A stretch of 64,000 nucleotides of DNA, taken from an uncultured delta proteobacterium. Lineage in GTDB: Bacteria > Myxococcota > Myxococcia > Myxococcales > Myxococcaceae. The translations under genes were made by a program, and so were the position numbers. The stretch lies in NCBI GenBank assembly GCA_963713045.1, contig CAVQKE010000003.1, positions 992,001 to 1,056,000 on the forward strand, read 5' to 3'. The first letter of the stretch is position 1. Each line of letters starts with the position of its first letter. Shown here in pieces: positions 10,389 to 21,137 of the stretch. Below the pieces are notes generated by a model. The model was not told where the DNA came from. It worked only from the letters and a program-made list of their open reading frames with translations, and did no database searches.

Positions 10389-12595
10389 AAACCCTACAGC
10401 TTCGCAGTGTCCTTGCCGCAGCAATGTGGCTGTCGCTTGCGGCTCAGGCAGCAGACTTATCCATCCTCAACACCGAGGCTCCCGGCTTCAGCGACACCAC
10501 CCCGGCGACGCCGGTGTCAATCAACATTGGAACGACGCGGGGACAGCAGGCGCTGATTGTCTTTCAAACCGCCGCGGCGATGTGGGGCGCCACCATCCGC
10601 AGCACGGTGCCCATCATCATTGACAGCGAATTCGACACCCAGGCATCGGATTCGCGCTTTACCTGCAACGCCACCTCCATCGTCCTCGCCTACACGGTCC
10701 CGGGCGGCTTCGTCACTTCGCCGACCTTCGCGAACCCAACGGCGGGCTACATCTACTCCTTGGCCAACGCCCTGGCCGGGAGCGACCTCGCCTTCGGCAG
10801 CGCTCAGTTCCAGGTCAACATCAACGCCGACTTAGGCACCAGCAGCTGCGCCTTCCCGGCTGCTTGGTATTTCGGACTCGACACCAACATCCCGAACAAC
10901 GGACTCAGCCTGTTCACCACGCTGCTGCACGAATTTGGGCACGGCCTCGGGTTTTATTCGCTGGTCGACCCCTCCAGCGGCGGGGATGAGACCAGCTACT
11001 TCTCCGTTTTCGACTACCACATCTTCGACACCGATGCCGGAGTCCCGTGGACCGACGAGACCAGCGCGCAGCGGCAAAAGCTGGCCTCCACGCCGACCAG
11101 CATTGCCTTCGACGGCGCGGCAGTTCGCGCCGACATCCCAACGTTTCTGGCTGAACCGCCGACTCTTTTGACCACGTCCAACGGCACCACCACCTCGCTC
11201 GACTTTGCCAAGGGGGACTTCTCCGGTCCGTTGGTCGGCGCTCAGCGTCCGCTGGTCTCTGCCAATCCACAGGACGCTTGCTCCGAGTTGACCAACCCGT
11301 CGGCCATCTCCGGGAACTACGCGCTCATCGAGAGGAGCGTCGCCGATGCCGGAGTCGTCTGCACCTTCATCAGCAAAGCGGAGCGTGCCCTCGACGCCGG
11401 TGCCGTCGGCGTCATCGTCTTTGACTACATGACCGAGGGCCTCGTCGAGATGGCTGGGTCGCCGGTGCTCAGCATCCCAGCCACGTTCATCAGCAACCAG
11501 GACGGAATGACGCTCTTAAGCGAGATGGACCAAGGTCTCGTCACCGCGTCCTTCGGAGTTTCCTCCCACATTTCCAACACCGACTCGACCGAAACGCGGG
11601 TGCTGCTGTACACGCCGACGGCGGTCAGCTCCGGCTCCTCGGTGAGCCACTGGAATGCCGATTCCTATCCCCATACCCTAAATCTCGAGTACGCCATTCA
11701 ACCCGACATCCGGTTCAACATGGACTTCACGCCGGACGTGATGTCGGATTTGGGTTGGTCCGTGGTCAAGGGCCTCACCGTCTCGGTGGTGAAGCTCCTC
11801 GACCCGGAAGTGACGCCCAGCGGCCAGGTGAGCTACGTCACCGCCATCATCAACCGCCGGCCGACTGCCATTGACAGCGTGTCGCTCGACTTGGCGCTGC
11901 CCACGGGCGCGACCTTCACCTCCAATGTCTCGAGCCCGGCGGCGTGTGCAACCGCCTTTCCTTGCACCTTTGGGCCGATGCAGCCCGGGGACGTGGTGCT
12001 CGTGGTCACCACCCTCCAGGCCTCAGCGACGCCGGCGAACCCATTCACCGTGACGGCCACTCTCACTCCGTCCTCCTCCACTCACCCCGACACCGACAAC
12101 CTCACGTCGACGTCGACCCAGACGGTGGCCACGGGAGGAGACCTTCGGGTCAGCGTCACCGGGCCCTCGCCGGTCTCCACCGGCGCCACGGTCGTTCTCA
12201 CCACCACCGTCACCAACGCAGGGCCTGGAGAGGCCGCTGGCGTGACCCTCGATGGGACATTGTCCGGGCCGGCCACCAACCCTCCGGTCTTCGTTGCCAA
12301 CAACGGTGCCTGCTCGACGGCGTTTCCCTGTAGCTTGAACGCCATCCCCGCCGGTCAGACCGTCACCATCTCCTCCGTCTACAATGTTCCGGCGGGCTTT
12401 CAGAGCGGAACCACCTTCACCGCCACCGTCAGCTCGGCGACGCCAGACTCGAACCTTGCCAACAACACTGCGACCTTCGCCTTCTCCACCACCGCCAGCA
12501 GCGGGTGCAGCACCACCGGAGAGCCGGGAACAGTGTTCGGGCTGGTGGGAGTGGCCTTGGCGGCGTTGCTCCGGCGTCGCGGCGACACCTTTTAG
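10385..12595 (+). CDS. secreted PA-domain zinc metalloprotease with DUF11-like Ig repeats and MYXO-CTERM anchor
   Basis: Signal peptide; HEFGHGLG zinc motif; PA domain (ALIER...CTFISKAERALDAGAVGVIV); SSVSHW; DUF11-like units; C-terminal GCSTTG-TM-RRR. Confidence 0.85.
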   Translation: MKTLQLRSVLAAAMWLSLAAQAADLSILNTEAPGFSDTTPATPVSINIGTTRGQQALIVFQTAAAMWGATIRSTVPIIIDSEFDTQASDSRFTCNATSIVLAYTVPGGFVTSPTFANPTAGYIYSLANALAGSDLAFGSAQFQVNINADLGTSSCAFPAAWYFGLDTNIPNNGLSLFTTLLHEFGHGLGFYSLVDPSSGGDETSYFSVFDYHIFDTDAGVPWTDETSAQRQKLASTPTSIAFDGAAVRADIPTFLAEPPTLLTTSNGTTTSLDFAKGDFSGPLVGAQRPLVSANPQDACSELTNPSAISGNYALIERSVADAGVVCTFISKAERALDAGAVGVIVFDYMTEGLVEMAGSPVLSIPATFISNQDGMTLLSEMDQGLVTASFGVSSHISNTDSTETRVLLYTPTAVSSGSSVSHWNADSYPHTLNLEYAIQPDIRFNMDFTPDVMSDLGWSVVKGLTVSVVKLLDPEVTPSGQVSYVTAIINRRPTAIDSVSLDLALPTGATFTSNVSSPAACATAFPCTFGPMQPGDVVLVVTTLQASATPANPFTVTATLTPSSSTHPDTDNLTSTSTQTVATGGDLRVSVTGPSPVSTGATVVLTTTVTNAGPGEAAGVTLDGTLSGPATNPPVFVANNGACSTAFPCSLNAIPAGQTVTISSVYNVPAGFQSGTTFTATVSSATPDSNLANNTATFAFSTTASSGCSTTGEPGTVFGLVGVALAALLRRRGDTF

Positions 12596-12647
12596 CCCGC
12601 GGGGGGTTCTGCACGGGGTCCAGGGGTTTCTCCGCCCAGGCTCCAGC

Positions 12648-14531
12648 ATGTCTCCGCACTGCTATGTCGCCTCGCTGGCCTTCCTGGTGCTGTCCAGCGC
12701 GACGGCAGCCGGCGCGGACCTCACCATCCTGGACACCAACGAACCTCTCCAGGGCCTCAATGACCCGACCCCTGTCGAACCGGTGGGCCTGAACTTCGGC
12801 ACCACCCGCGGCCAACAAGCCCTCATCGCCCTGCAGTACGCGGCCACCATCTGGGGCGCGACACTCAAGAGTTCAGTCCCGGTCGTGATTGACGCGGCCT
12901 TCGTCAGCACCTCGGAAGACACGGGCCTGAGCTGCTCGAGCACTGCCGGCATCCTTGGGCTCACCGGAGCCGCATCCTACGCATCTGGGCCGCAGTTTCC
13001 GTTGCCGGAGGCGGCCTACCCTGCCGCACTCGCCAACGCCCTCACCGGCACGGATGCCACACCCGGCGAGGCGCACATCATCTCGCGCTTCAACGCAAGC
13101 ATCGGCACGCCCGAGTGCCTGGAAGGTCAGAGCTACTACTACGGGCTGGTGGGCAACGCCGCCTTCAACCAGCACGACCTGGTCACGGTGTTTCTCCACG
13201 AGTTTGCCCACGGCCTTGGGTTTCTCTCCTTCGTGGACGCAGCCACCGGGAGCTTTGGAGCGCGACCCCCGTCTGTCTTCGACTTTCACATCTGGGACGT
13301 CGCGGACGGCAGCAGCTGGCAGTCGGAGACGGACGCGCAGCGCGAAGGGCTGGCGGATACTCCAGGCGGCCTTGCGCTGCAGGGCTCAGCGCTCGCGGCA
13401 GCCATCCCAGACTTCCTGGCCTACCTGCCGACGTTGAGTGTCAACGTCCCGACCTTGCCGGACCCGGTGCCCTTTGCCCAAGCGACGTTCAGCGGGCCCT
13501 TCTTCCAAGGCACCCTCGGCGTGGTGGCTGCGCAGCCTCTGAATGGCTGCAGCGAATTGACCAATGCCGCGCAGCTCGCGGGCAACGTCGCGCTCATCCA
13601 AAGGAGCCTTCCGGACGCGGGCGTCTTCTGCAGATTCTTGGACAAAGCCAATCGCGCCCAGGACGCCGGCGCCGCGGCGGTGGTGCTCTTCAATGACATT
13701 CCGGACGCGCCGCTGGTCACGCCCAGCGGCTCGGCCACACTGGCCATCCCGGTCACCTTCGTCACCCTGGAGACGGGAATGGCCATTCTCCAGCAGGCCA
13801 CCGTCGCCCCGGTGACCGCGACGTTTGGCCAGAGCTCACTGCGTGGAGGGGTGGACGTCTCCGGGGACCGCGTCCTGTTGTACACGCCGGCGGCAGTCGC
13901 CAGCGCTTCGTCCGTGTCGCACTTCGACACGACAGCCACCCCGGCGGTCCTGATGGAGCCAGCCATCCAACCCAACGTGGTCCGCGAGCTCGACCTGACC
14001 CCGGCCGTCCTGTCTGACCTCGGATGGACCGTGGTCCAGGGCCTGTCCGTTTCGGTGGCGAAGGCGCTGGAGCAGCAGATTTATCCAAACCAGGACGCCA
14101 CCTACCTGCTGACGCTCGTCAACCGCCGCCGCTCGCCGGCCAACGAGGTGAGCCTCAACCTGGGGCTTCCGGGCGAGACGAGCGTCGTCTCCTCAGCCGG
14201 GGCGTGCTCGGGCACATCGTTCCCCTGTAGCCTGGGCACGGTCGGTCCGGGTGCAGTGGTGTTGACGGTGGTGACACTGCACGTTTCAGCCGATGCCCCC
14301 AGCCCCTTTGTCCTGACGGCCACCGTCAGCGCCTCGGATTCGGGCCCGGACGACGTCCTTCAAGCGACGTCCACGCTGGCCACCGTCCAGTCCACCGGGT
14401 GCAGCACGAGCGCTCGGCCGCCGGGCTGGCTGTCTTTCGGCTTCTTGGCACTCCTCGCCAGCCGGCTTCGACGGCGCGGCGCGAGCAGTCCAACGCCCAG
14501 CATCCGAACGGGCCGTTTGGCATCCAAGTAG
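12648..14531 (+). CDS. second PA-domain zinc metalloprotease with MYXO-CTERM (paralog of the upstream gene)
   Basis: ATG 12648 begins a signal peptide; HEFAHGLG; PA domain; SSVSHF; one DUF11-like unit; GCSTSA-TM-RRR. Confidence 0.85.
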   Translation: MSPHCYVASLAFLVLSSATAAGADLTILDTNEPLQGLNDPTPVEPVGLNFGTTRGQQALIALQYAATIWGATLKSSVPVVIDAAFVSTSEDTGLSCSSTAGILGLTGAASYASGPQFPLPEAAYPAALANALTGTDATPGEAHIISRFNASIGTPECLEGQSYYYGLVGNAAFNQHDLVTVFLHEFAHGLGFLSFVDAATGSFGARPPSVFDFHIWDVADGSSWQSETDAQREGLADTPGGLALQGSALAAAIPDFLAYLPTLSVNVPTLPDPVPFAQATFSGPFFQGTLGVVAAQPLNGCSELTNAAQLAGNVALIQRSLPDAGVFCRFLDKANRAQDAGAAAVVLFNDIPDAPLVTPSGSATLAIPVTFVTLETGMAILQQATVAPVTATFGQSSLRGGVDVSGDRVLLYTPAAVASASSVSHFDTTATPAVLMEPAIQPNVVRELDLTPAVLSDLGWTVVQGLSVSVAKALEQQIYPNQDATYLLTLVNRRRSPANEVSLNLGLPGETSVVSSAGACSGTSFPCSLGTVGPGAVVLTVVTLHVSADAPSPFVLTATVSASDSGPDDVLQATSTLATVQSTGCSTSARPPGWLSFGFLALLASRLRRRGASSPTPSIRTGRLASK

Positions 14532-14553
14532 GCAACATCACACAGGAGGTTCT

Positions 14554-14976
14554 ATGGCCTACCAGCCGCTGTACACCGCCGTGGCCACCGCACACGGAGG
14601 ACGCACCGGACACGTCCGTTCGGACGACGGTCTCATCGACATGGGCCTTGCCATGCCTACCTCGCTGGGAGGTCCAGGCGGCAAAGGGACCAACCCCGAA
14701 CAACTCTTCGCCGCGGGGTATGCCGCTTGCTTCGAAAGCGCATTGCGGCTGGTAGCGCGCACGCAGAAGGCGCCGCTGCAGGATGCCTCCATCACCGCCC
14801 GCGTCACCATCGGAAAACCCGACGACGGCGGCTTCAGCTTAGCGGTCGAGCTCCACGGCAACCTGTCGGGCGTAGAAAAGTCGGCCGCCCAAGCGCTGAT
14901 GGAGGCTGCCCACCAAGTCTGTCCCTACAGCCGTGCCACCAGGGGCAACATCCCGGTGAAGCTCATCGTCGATTGA
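14554..14976 (+). CDS. ohr: organic hydroperoxide resistance protein
   Basis: GGRTG, TNPEQLFAAGYAACF and AHQVCPYS motifs; AGGAGG SD. Confidence 0.95.
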   Translation: MAYQPLYTAVATAHGGRTGHVRSDDGLIDMGLAMPTSLGGPGGKGTNPEQLFAAGYAACFESALRLVARTQKAPLQDASITARVTIGKPDDGGFSLAVELHGNLSGVEKSAAQALMEAAHQVCPYSRATRGNIPVKLIVD

Positions 14977-14986
14977 GGGTGCGCTT

Positions 14987-16234
14987 TTATGCTGCCGGGG
15001 TGAGCGCCGTCTCGGCAGCGTTCCTCGCCTTTCGCCGCTCAATCAGCCACGCCGCGAGCACGCCGAGCTCGTAGCAGGCAATCATCGGTCCGGCCATCAG
15101 CATTAGGTTCACCGCATCTCCGGTGGGGGTGATGATGGCGGCGACAATCAAACAGACGATGATGGCGTGCCGCTGATAGCGCATCAGGAATCGAGATTTG
15201 ACGACCCCCAGTGCCGCCAACAGGGCCATCACCAGCGGCAACTCAAAAATAATTCCGAGGGCCAGCAGCAAAAGAAGCACCAGCGACAGTTGCTCGCTCA
15301 TGGTGAGCAACGGACGAGTCCAAGCCTCCGTTGCTAGCTGGTGCTGGCCGGCAGCCAGCGCCCGCTCCAGCCGCCACACCCGGGCGACCTCGCCACCCTG
15401 CGCGCCGGCTGCGCCGGCGACAAGCGCTGCCGACTCCTCCATGGCCACGTCGGCGGCGCCGCCCTGCCCCGTCTGGAGCGCGTCCAGCGCGGCCAGCCGT
15501 TTGTCCATCGCCCGTCTCAGCACCGGTGCACCGGCGGGACCGAGTGCGGCATGCATCGCGTCGAGAAGTCGACCGAGGGCATCAAAGCGCGCTTTTTGGT
15601 CCACCAACCCTTCGGACGCCTGCCCCTGGTCGGCAGCCACCTGGCCTTCACCGCTGGCGTTGAGAGCACTCTGTGCCGATGCGGCTTGCTCGCCCGCTCG
15701 CTCAAACGCGCCGAGACTCACCAGCCTGAGGACTTCGGTTTCGCGGGCCTGCGTCTGCTCCACCCGCGCCTGCACCGGTGCCGATTCCCCGGTGAGCAAG
15801 AAGCGGAACATGGTGGGCAACAGCACGAAGTAACAGAAGGCGGCGCCCGCCAGGAAGGCGAACGAGCCGAGGAGGACGAAAGGTGCGGCATAGCGCCGCT
15901 CGGCTGGGTACAGGCCTGGCGCGACGAAGCCCCACAGCTGCCAGAGGATGATGGGCGTGCTGAGAAAAATGCCGGCGTACAGGCCGACCTTCATCAGCAC
16001 GTTAATCTCCTCGATGCCCGACGTGTAAATGAGGCTCCGCTGGCCCGGAGGCAAAGCCTCCAGCACTGGACGCATCAGTGCGCCGAAGATGGGGCGCGCG
16101 AACACCAGCCCGAGGATGCCCAGCGCGAGCACGGAGAGCGTGCAGCGCAGCAGCCGGGACCGGAGCTCGCCCAGGTGCTCGGCGAGGCTCAGTCGGTCGT
16201 CCTCCGCCTCAGCCGTCACGTCGGGGGACACCAT
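14987..16234 (-). CDS. tatC: twin-arginine translocase subunit TatC with a large loop insertion
   Basis: LAEHLGELR.RL, WGFVAPGLY..ERR, FELP and AAIITPTGD motifs, with a ~150-aa helical insertion. Confidence 0.92.
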   Translation of the reverse strand: MVSPDVTAEAEDDRLSLAEHLGELRSRLLRCTLSVLALGILGLVFARPIFGALMRPVLEALPPGQRSLIYTSGIEEINVLMKVGLYAGIFLSTPIILWQLWGFVAPGLYPAERRYAAPFVLLGSFAFLAGAAFCYFVLLPTMFRFLLTGESAPVQARVEQTQARETEVLRLVSLGAFERAGEQAASAQSALNASGEGQVAADQGQASEGLVDQKARFDALGRLLDAMHAALGPAGAPVLRRAMDKRLAALDALQTGQGGAADVAMEESAALVAGAAGAQGGEVARVWRLERALAAGQHQLATEAWTRPLLTMSEQLSLVLLLLLALGIIFELPLVMALLAALGVVKSRFLMRYQRHAIIVCLIVAAIITPTGDAVNLMLMAGPMIACYELGVLAAWLIERRKARNAAETALTPAA

Positions 16235-16673
16235 CGGCGTAGGGGTCGCTGTGGGGAGTGGTGCCGTCAGACGACGCCGAAGGCGCGGTCTCGGTTGTTG
16301 GAGAGTCGGCCGCCGGTGGGCGCGAGGCCACTACCCCCTCGGGGGCGGGAAATGCGGGGAAGCTCGGCGGAGGGAGAATTCGAGGACTGGCCTCATCGGC
16401 GCCGCTGAGTGGCAGCCCGAAACGCGAGGTCGAAACCGGGCTGATTTCGGGCGAGGCGCTCGGCGCTTTTTTCGAGGTTGGGTCCTGCAGGACGTCCTGG
16501 TCCATCCGGTAGAACTCTCGTTCCACCATGGTGCGGACCTCATCTGTATGTTTGCGGAACTCGCGGAAAAGCTTCCCCAGCCCCCGAGCCAGCTCGGGCA
16601 GCTTGTCCGGCCCGAGCAAGAGCAGCGCCACGACGCTGATGAGGGCAATTTCTCCGGCACCGAGGTTGAACAT
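16209..16673 (-). CDS. tatB: twin-arginine translocase subunit TatB/TatA
   Basis: MFNLGAGEIALISVVALLLLGPDKLPELARGLGK..REFRK, located directly upstream of tatC. Confidence 0.88.
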   Translation of the reverse strand: MFNLGAGEIALISVVALLLLGPDKLPELARGLGKLFREFRKHTDEVRTMVEREFYRMDQDVLQDPTSKKAPSASPEISPVSTSRFGLPLSGADEASPRILPPPSFPAFPAPEGVVASRPPAADSPTTETAPSASSDGTTPHSDPYADGVPRRDG

Positions 16674-16694
16674 GAGATTCCTTAGAAGAGGCTC

Positions 16695-17981
16695 TTAAAC
16701 CTTCTTGAGCGGCCGCGCCATTCCCGGGGGCGCTGGCCCACGGTCGGCTTCCGCCTCCGGGGCGGCCGGCGGCGCTGGCTGGCCGCCAGTGACGTCCCGC
16801 TCCACCCGGAAGAGCAGGGGCGGCAGAGCCGCCGTCAGCGCCAGCGACAGCGCCGCCAGCCGACGGACATGAAGCAGGCGTCCTCCCGGACCCTCAGCCA
16901 GCACCAGCGTGGAGGTGATGGCTCCCGCTGCGCTTGAGAGGTGCTGGACCGCGGATTGAAAGGACATGAAGCGGGCGCGCTCCGCCGGCGTGGGCACTTT
17001 CGAGGTGAGCGTGTTGTAGGACACGTTGCGGACGGACAGCGCGAACATGAAGAGGAGGAAAAGCAACAGCACCGGTGGATGGGGCGGAACGTCGACAAAA
17101 ATGAGCCAGATGGCACCGGCGATGAGGACCGAGCCGGCCGTTCCTACGCGGAAGCTACCCAGCCGGTCGACCAACTTTCCCACCAGCCGTAACGAGATGA
17201 AGCTGACCAAGCCACCGGCACCGTACAGCGTCCAAAGCGCGCTTCGAGGCAACCCGAGGTTGCCTTGGACATAAGCGGAGAGGTTGGGAATGAGGAGAAA
17301 GCCCGCGCCCATCACCACCGCAGTCATGAGGTAGGACTGCAACACCGTGCGGCGAAAAAGTGGCGCCCTCGCCGGTGCGCCGACCTCGAGGAGCTTCAGG
17401 TGGTCCCGCATCGGCGGCAGCAGGGCGATGGTTCCTGCGGTGATGAGCAGGCCCAACCCACCAAGGACGAAAAACGGGGCGCGCCATCCCGCCCATTCTG
17501 CCAATTTCAGACTGGTCGGAACGCCCACCACCGCCGCCACGCTGAAGGCACCCATCACCGCTCCCAGCGCCTTCCCTCGCCGCTCAGACGGGACGGCATC
17601 GGCGACGATGCTGAGGGACAGCGAGGTGGCCGGACCCCCAAAGGCGCCAGCAAGCACGCGGGCGGCGAGCAGCGAGGGTAAGCCGGTGGCCAGCCCTCCT
17701 GTGAGAGTGCCAAGGGCCAACCCGCTCATGGCCACTGCCAGCGCGGAACGCCGGCCGTAACGGTCGAGGAAGAACGAGCCGGCCAGACCGGCGAGCGCTG
17801 CCGCGAGGGTGTAGCTGCCCCCCACCAGCCCGAGCCGAGACAGCGGGATGCCGAGGTCCCGGGCAAAGTCCGGACCAAGGGGCATCACCATCACGAAGTC
17901 GAGAATGTTGACGAATTGCACGGCTCCAATGAGGAACACCAGCATCCGCTCGGAGATGCGACGCGGCGCAGAGGGCCTCAC
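16695..17981 (-). CDS. MFS transporter
   Basis: About 12 hydrophobic segments and motif A-like DRYGRR. GTG start overlaps the MCP stop. Confidence 0.9.
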   Translation of the reverse strand: MRPSAPRRISERMLVFLIGAVQFVNILDFVMVMPLGPDFARDLGIPLSRLGLVGGSYTLAAALAGLAGSFFLDRYGRRSALAVAMSGLALGTLTGGLATGLPSLLAARVLAGAFGGPATSLSLSIVADAVPSERRGKALGAVMGAFSVAAVVGVPTSLKLAEWAGWRAPFFVLGGLGLLITAGTIALLPPMRDHLKLLEVGAPARAPLFRRTVLQSYLMTAVVMGAGFLLIPNLSAYVQGNLGLPRSALWTLYGAGGLVSFISLRLVGKLVDRLGSFRVGTAGSVLIAGAIWLIFVDVPPHPPVLLLFLLFMFALSVRNVSYNTLTSKVPTPAERARFMSFQSAVQHLSSAAGAITSTLVLAEGPGGRLLHVRRLAALSLALTAALPPLLFRVERDVTGGQPAPPAAPEAEADRGPAPPGMARPLKKV

Positions 17982-20029
17982 ACCTTGAACCTCTGCACCT
18001 CAGCGCGCAGGACCTCGGATTGGCGCTGAAGGTCGTCGATGACCGACTCCAGCTGGCGCACGCTGCTCCCCTGGGCTTCGGCCACGGTACGGATGGCCTC
18101 CACGGCGGCCAGCACCCGCTCGGAGGCGGCTGCCTGAGCTCCGCGAGCCCGGCTGACCGCACCTGTCATTTCCCCGATGCTGGCCAGTGCGCGCGCAATC
18201 TGCCGACTGCGTTCCAGCTGAGCCTCGGTCGCGCGCTCCACGTGGGTGGTGACGTCCAGCATCCGCTGGGCGCGCTCGATCATCTGGCCCGCACCTCGCT
18301 CCTGTTCGGCGGTGGCCCGTCGCACCGCCTCCACCGCTTCGGCAATTCTCTGGACCGCGGCAGTGACCGACTTGCTGCTCCGCGACTGCTCGACCGTAGC
18401 GCGAGCAATGGCCTTCACCATCAGCGTGCTCTTCTTGGCCGAGGCGGAGATTTTCATGAGCGCCCCTTCCGCCTCATTTCCGAGTTGCACCCCCTCCTCC
18501 ACGGTGCGAAAGCCTTGGTCCACCGCAGCCCGCGCGTTTTGGCTCTCCGCCTGGACGGCTGCGATGAGGTCGGCAATCTCCTTGGTCGAAGCGCCGGTGC
18601 GTTCGGCCAGCTCCTTAATCTCATCGGCCACCACCGCGAAGCCCTTACCGTGTTCGCCCGCTTGAGCAGCGATGATGGCCGCGTTGAGCGCCAAGAGATT
18701 GGTCTGCTCCGCAACGTCGTCGATGACGTTGAGGATGTTGCCAATCTCCGAGGTGCGCTGACCGAGGTTTTCGATGACCTGGAGGGCCTCACGGCTGCTG
18801 CCCCGAATGCGGTCGATGGCCAATAGGGTGGTCTGCAGGGCCTCGCCAGCGGTGGTGGCGTCCTGGAGTACGTTTTCGGAGAGCCGGGCAGTCTCATTGG
18901 CGTTGGTCTCCACTTGGCCGATGGAGACGTCCATCTCCTGCATGCTCACCGACGTCTCCTCCGCTGAGCCATGCAGCTCTCCAACCGCGCGGGCCACCTC
19001 AGTGACGCTGCGACTCATGTCACCAATGGCGGCCGTGGTTTCTGCCGCCGCGGCTCCGAGCTGCTCCACCAATCCCGTCACATCATCATGGGTAACGGCC
19101 ATCGCGGTGGCGGTCGCGGTCCCCTCTTCCGCGCCCCGTCCGAGAAGGTCCACTTGCTCCGCCAGACCGCGCAAGGAGTTCAGCAGTTCGGAGATAACGC
19201 CGCGCGCCTCGTCGACGCGCTGGAGGACCACTGCGGCGCCCCCACTCACCGTGGTGCCGGAACGCGACAGCTGGCCGATGGCCAGCACAATGGCTTCGCC
19301 AACTCCGCGTGCCCGACCAATGGTCTCGCGCAGCGACAAACGCAGCTGGTCGAGGGCGCCGGCGAGGCGGCCAACGGCGTCGCTGCCTTCCTCGTCGAGA
19401 CCCTCGGTTAGGTCCCCCTCCCCGAGGCGGTGCGCCAACGCTGCCATCCGGCCGAGCGGCCGGTCGAGTAAGGCCCTGCTCACCAGGCCCATGCCGGCGG
19501 CAAATACCAGGACGCCCACCAGCACCGAGAGGAGCAAGCCGGAGCGCAATCCCGTCTTCACGTCCTCGAGGAACCCCTCGTCGACGACGACCAGTACCGT
19601 GGAGTCCCTGCCGACGACCGGCTCCGCGAACAGCACCAAGTGCCCGGGCAGGGCGACGCGGGACGCCCGGCCGCTCAGTTCCCACAAGGCAATGGTCGAT
19701 GCCCAGTCCAAAGCGTCGTGTCCGACGGCCTGAGTCTGGGCGCTGCCGTTGACGAGGGCCACGCCAGCCACCCCCGCCTCGGCCAAGGGGGCCTGGGCCA
19801 ACACCTGCTCGGGGCTGTCGCCGTATGGCAACCAGCCGGCGACGTGCTGCGCCAGCAGGCGGCCGGAGGCTTCGAGGCGCTCGCCCACCCGATCGAGGAC
19901 TTGCATCCGCATCAACGCCCAGGCGACCACCAGCAACAGCAAGAGTGCCAGTCCGAAACTGCCGAAGATGGCGGTGCGCAGACCGAGGTGGCGCCGTGGT
20001 CGCAGCACAGGAGAGCTGGGCAGAACCAT
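17978..20029 (-). CDS. methyl-accepting chemotaxis protein
   Basis: Two TM helices, a HAMP region and the signalling hairpin [40 protein letters not shown]. Confidence 0.95.
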   Translation of the reverse strand: MVLPSSPVLRPRRHLGLRTAIFGSFGLALLLLLVVAWALMRMQVLDRVGERLEASGRLLAQHVAGWLPYGDSPEQVLAQAPLAEAGVAGVALVNGSAQTQAVGHDALDWASTIALWELSGRASRVALPGHLVLFAEPVVGRDSTVLVVVDEGFLEDVKTGLRSGLLLSVLVGVLVFAAGMGLVSRALLDRPLGRMAALAHRLGEGDLTEGLDEEGSDAVGRLAGALDQLRLSLRETIGRARGVGEAIVLAIGQLSRSGTTVSGGAAVVLQRVDEARGVISELLNSLRGLAEQVDLLGRGAEEGTATATAMAVTHDDVTGLVEQLGAAAAETTAAIGDMSRSVTEVARAVGELHGSAEETSVSMQEMDVSIGQVETNANETARLSENVLQDATTAGEALQTTLLAIDRIRGSSREALQVIENLGQRTSEIGNILNVIDDVAEQTNLLALNAAIIAAQAGEHGKGFAVVADEIKELAERTGASTKEIADLIAAVQAESQNARAAVDQGFRTVEEGVQLGNEAEGALMKISASAKKSTLMVKAIARATVEQSRSSKSVTAAVQRIAEAVEAVRRATAEQERGAGQMIERAQRMLDVTTHVERATEAQLERSRQIARALASIGEMTGAVSRARGAQAAASERVLAAVEAIRTVAEAQGSSVRQLESVIDDLQRQSEVLRAEVQRFKV

Positions 20030-20079
20030 ACGTCAACGCGCCGTCCCACGGGAAACGACGGGCCACACCCCGCATGACG

Positions 20080-20085
20080 TAGAAT
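20080..20085 (+). promoter_or_regulatory. possible sigma70 -10 element (TAGAAT) for the HDAC gene
   Basis: TAGAAT lies 13 nt before ATG 20099 in the short divergent intergenic region. No convincing -35 element. Confidence 0.3.
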
Positions 20086-20098
20086 ATCCCGAGGTCCC

Positions 20099-21130
20099 AT
20101 GGCTGCCGACGCGCCCACCTTGGTCTACTCAGACCCTCTGTTTCTGGAGCACGACCCAGGCCGCGGGCACCCCGAGTCCCCCGCCCGGCTTCAGCGGGTG
20201 TTGTCCACGCTGAAGGAGCTTCCGGTGACAGGCGTGGAGATGGTGCGCCCGCGTCCGGCCACCGACGCCGAGGTGGCCAGGGTGCATACCCCCGCGCTGC
20301 GCGCCCAGCTGGCCGCCACTGCCGGCAAGCAGATGACGCTTGACGCCGACACCCACGTTTCACCGCGTAGCTATGAGGCGGCATTGCTCGCCGCGGGGGC
20401 GGCGGTCGGCGCCACCGAAGCAGTGCTCAACGGCCAGGCCCGCAACGCGTTCGCCTTGGTGCGGCCGCCGGGGCACCACGCCGAGCCGAACGAGATGATG
20501 GGCTTTTGCCTCCTCAACAATGCCGCCATCGCTGCCGAGGCCGCGCGCCTGGCGGGCGCCGAGCGGGTGCTGGTGCTGGATTGGGACGTCCACCATGGCA
20601 ACGGAACCGAGGCGGCCTTCTGGAGACGCTCCGACGTCCTCTACCAGTCAGTCCACCAGTACCCATTTTACCCCGGCACTGGGGCACACCACGACGTGGG
20701 AGAGGGGCCGGGAGCGGGCTTTACCGTCAACTGCGGGCTCCCCGGCGGCCGCACCGACGCGGACTTCGGCGCTGTCTTCCACGACCTGTTGCTTCCCATT
20801 GCCTCGGCGTTTGCTCCACAGCTGGTCATCGTCTCGGCCGGATTCGACCCCCACGAGGACGACCCACTCGGCGGAATGCTGTGTACCGAGCGAGGCTTTG
20901 CAGCAATGTGCAGCGTGGTGAAGCAGCTGGCCGAAGCGACCAGCGGTGGACGTCTGGTGCTGTTGCTGGAGGGCGGCTATTCGCTCGGTGGACTGCCGCG
21001 GAGCGTCCACGCCTGCCTCGAAGTGCTGACCGGCCGTTCGGAGGAGTTTCCCACCGGCGCGAGCCAAGACGCGAGACACGCCATCCAACTCAGCCGCGAG
21101 GCACTACGGCCCTACTGGCCGAGACTGTAA
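20099..21130 (+). CDS. histone deacetylase family (zinc-dependent) amidohydrolase
   Basis: HPESPARL, RPPGHHA, GFC, DWDVHHGNGT, SAGFD and LEGGY motifs. Confidence 0.95.
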   Translation: MAADAPTLVYSDPLFLEHDPGRGHPESPARLQRVLSTLKELPVTGVEMVRPRPATDAEVARVHTPALRAQLAATAGKQMTLDADTHVSPRSYEAALLAAGAAVGATEAVLNGQARNAFALVRPPGHHAEPNEMMGFCLLNNAAIAAEAARLAGAERVLVLDWDVHHGNGTEAAFWRRSDVLYQSVHQYPFYPGTGAHHDVGEGPGAGFTVNCGLPGGRTDADFGAVFHDLLLPIASAFAPQLVIVSAGFDPHEDDPLGGMLCTERGFAAMCSVVKQLAEATSGGRLVLLLEGGYSLGGLPRSVHACLEVLTGRSEEFPTGASQDARHAIQLSREALRPYWPRL

Positions 21131-21137
21131 AGCGGGC

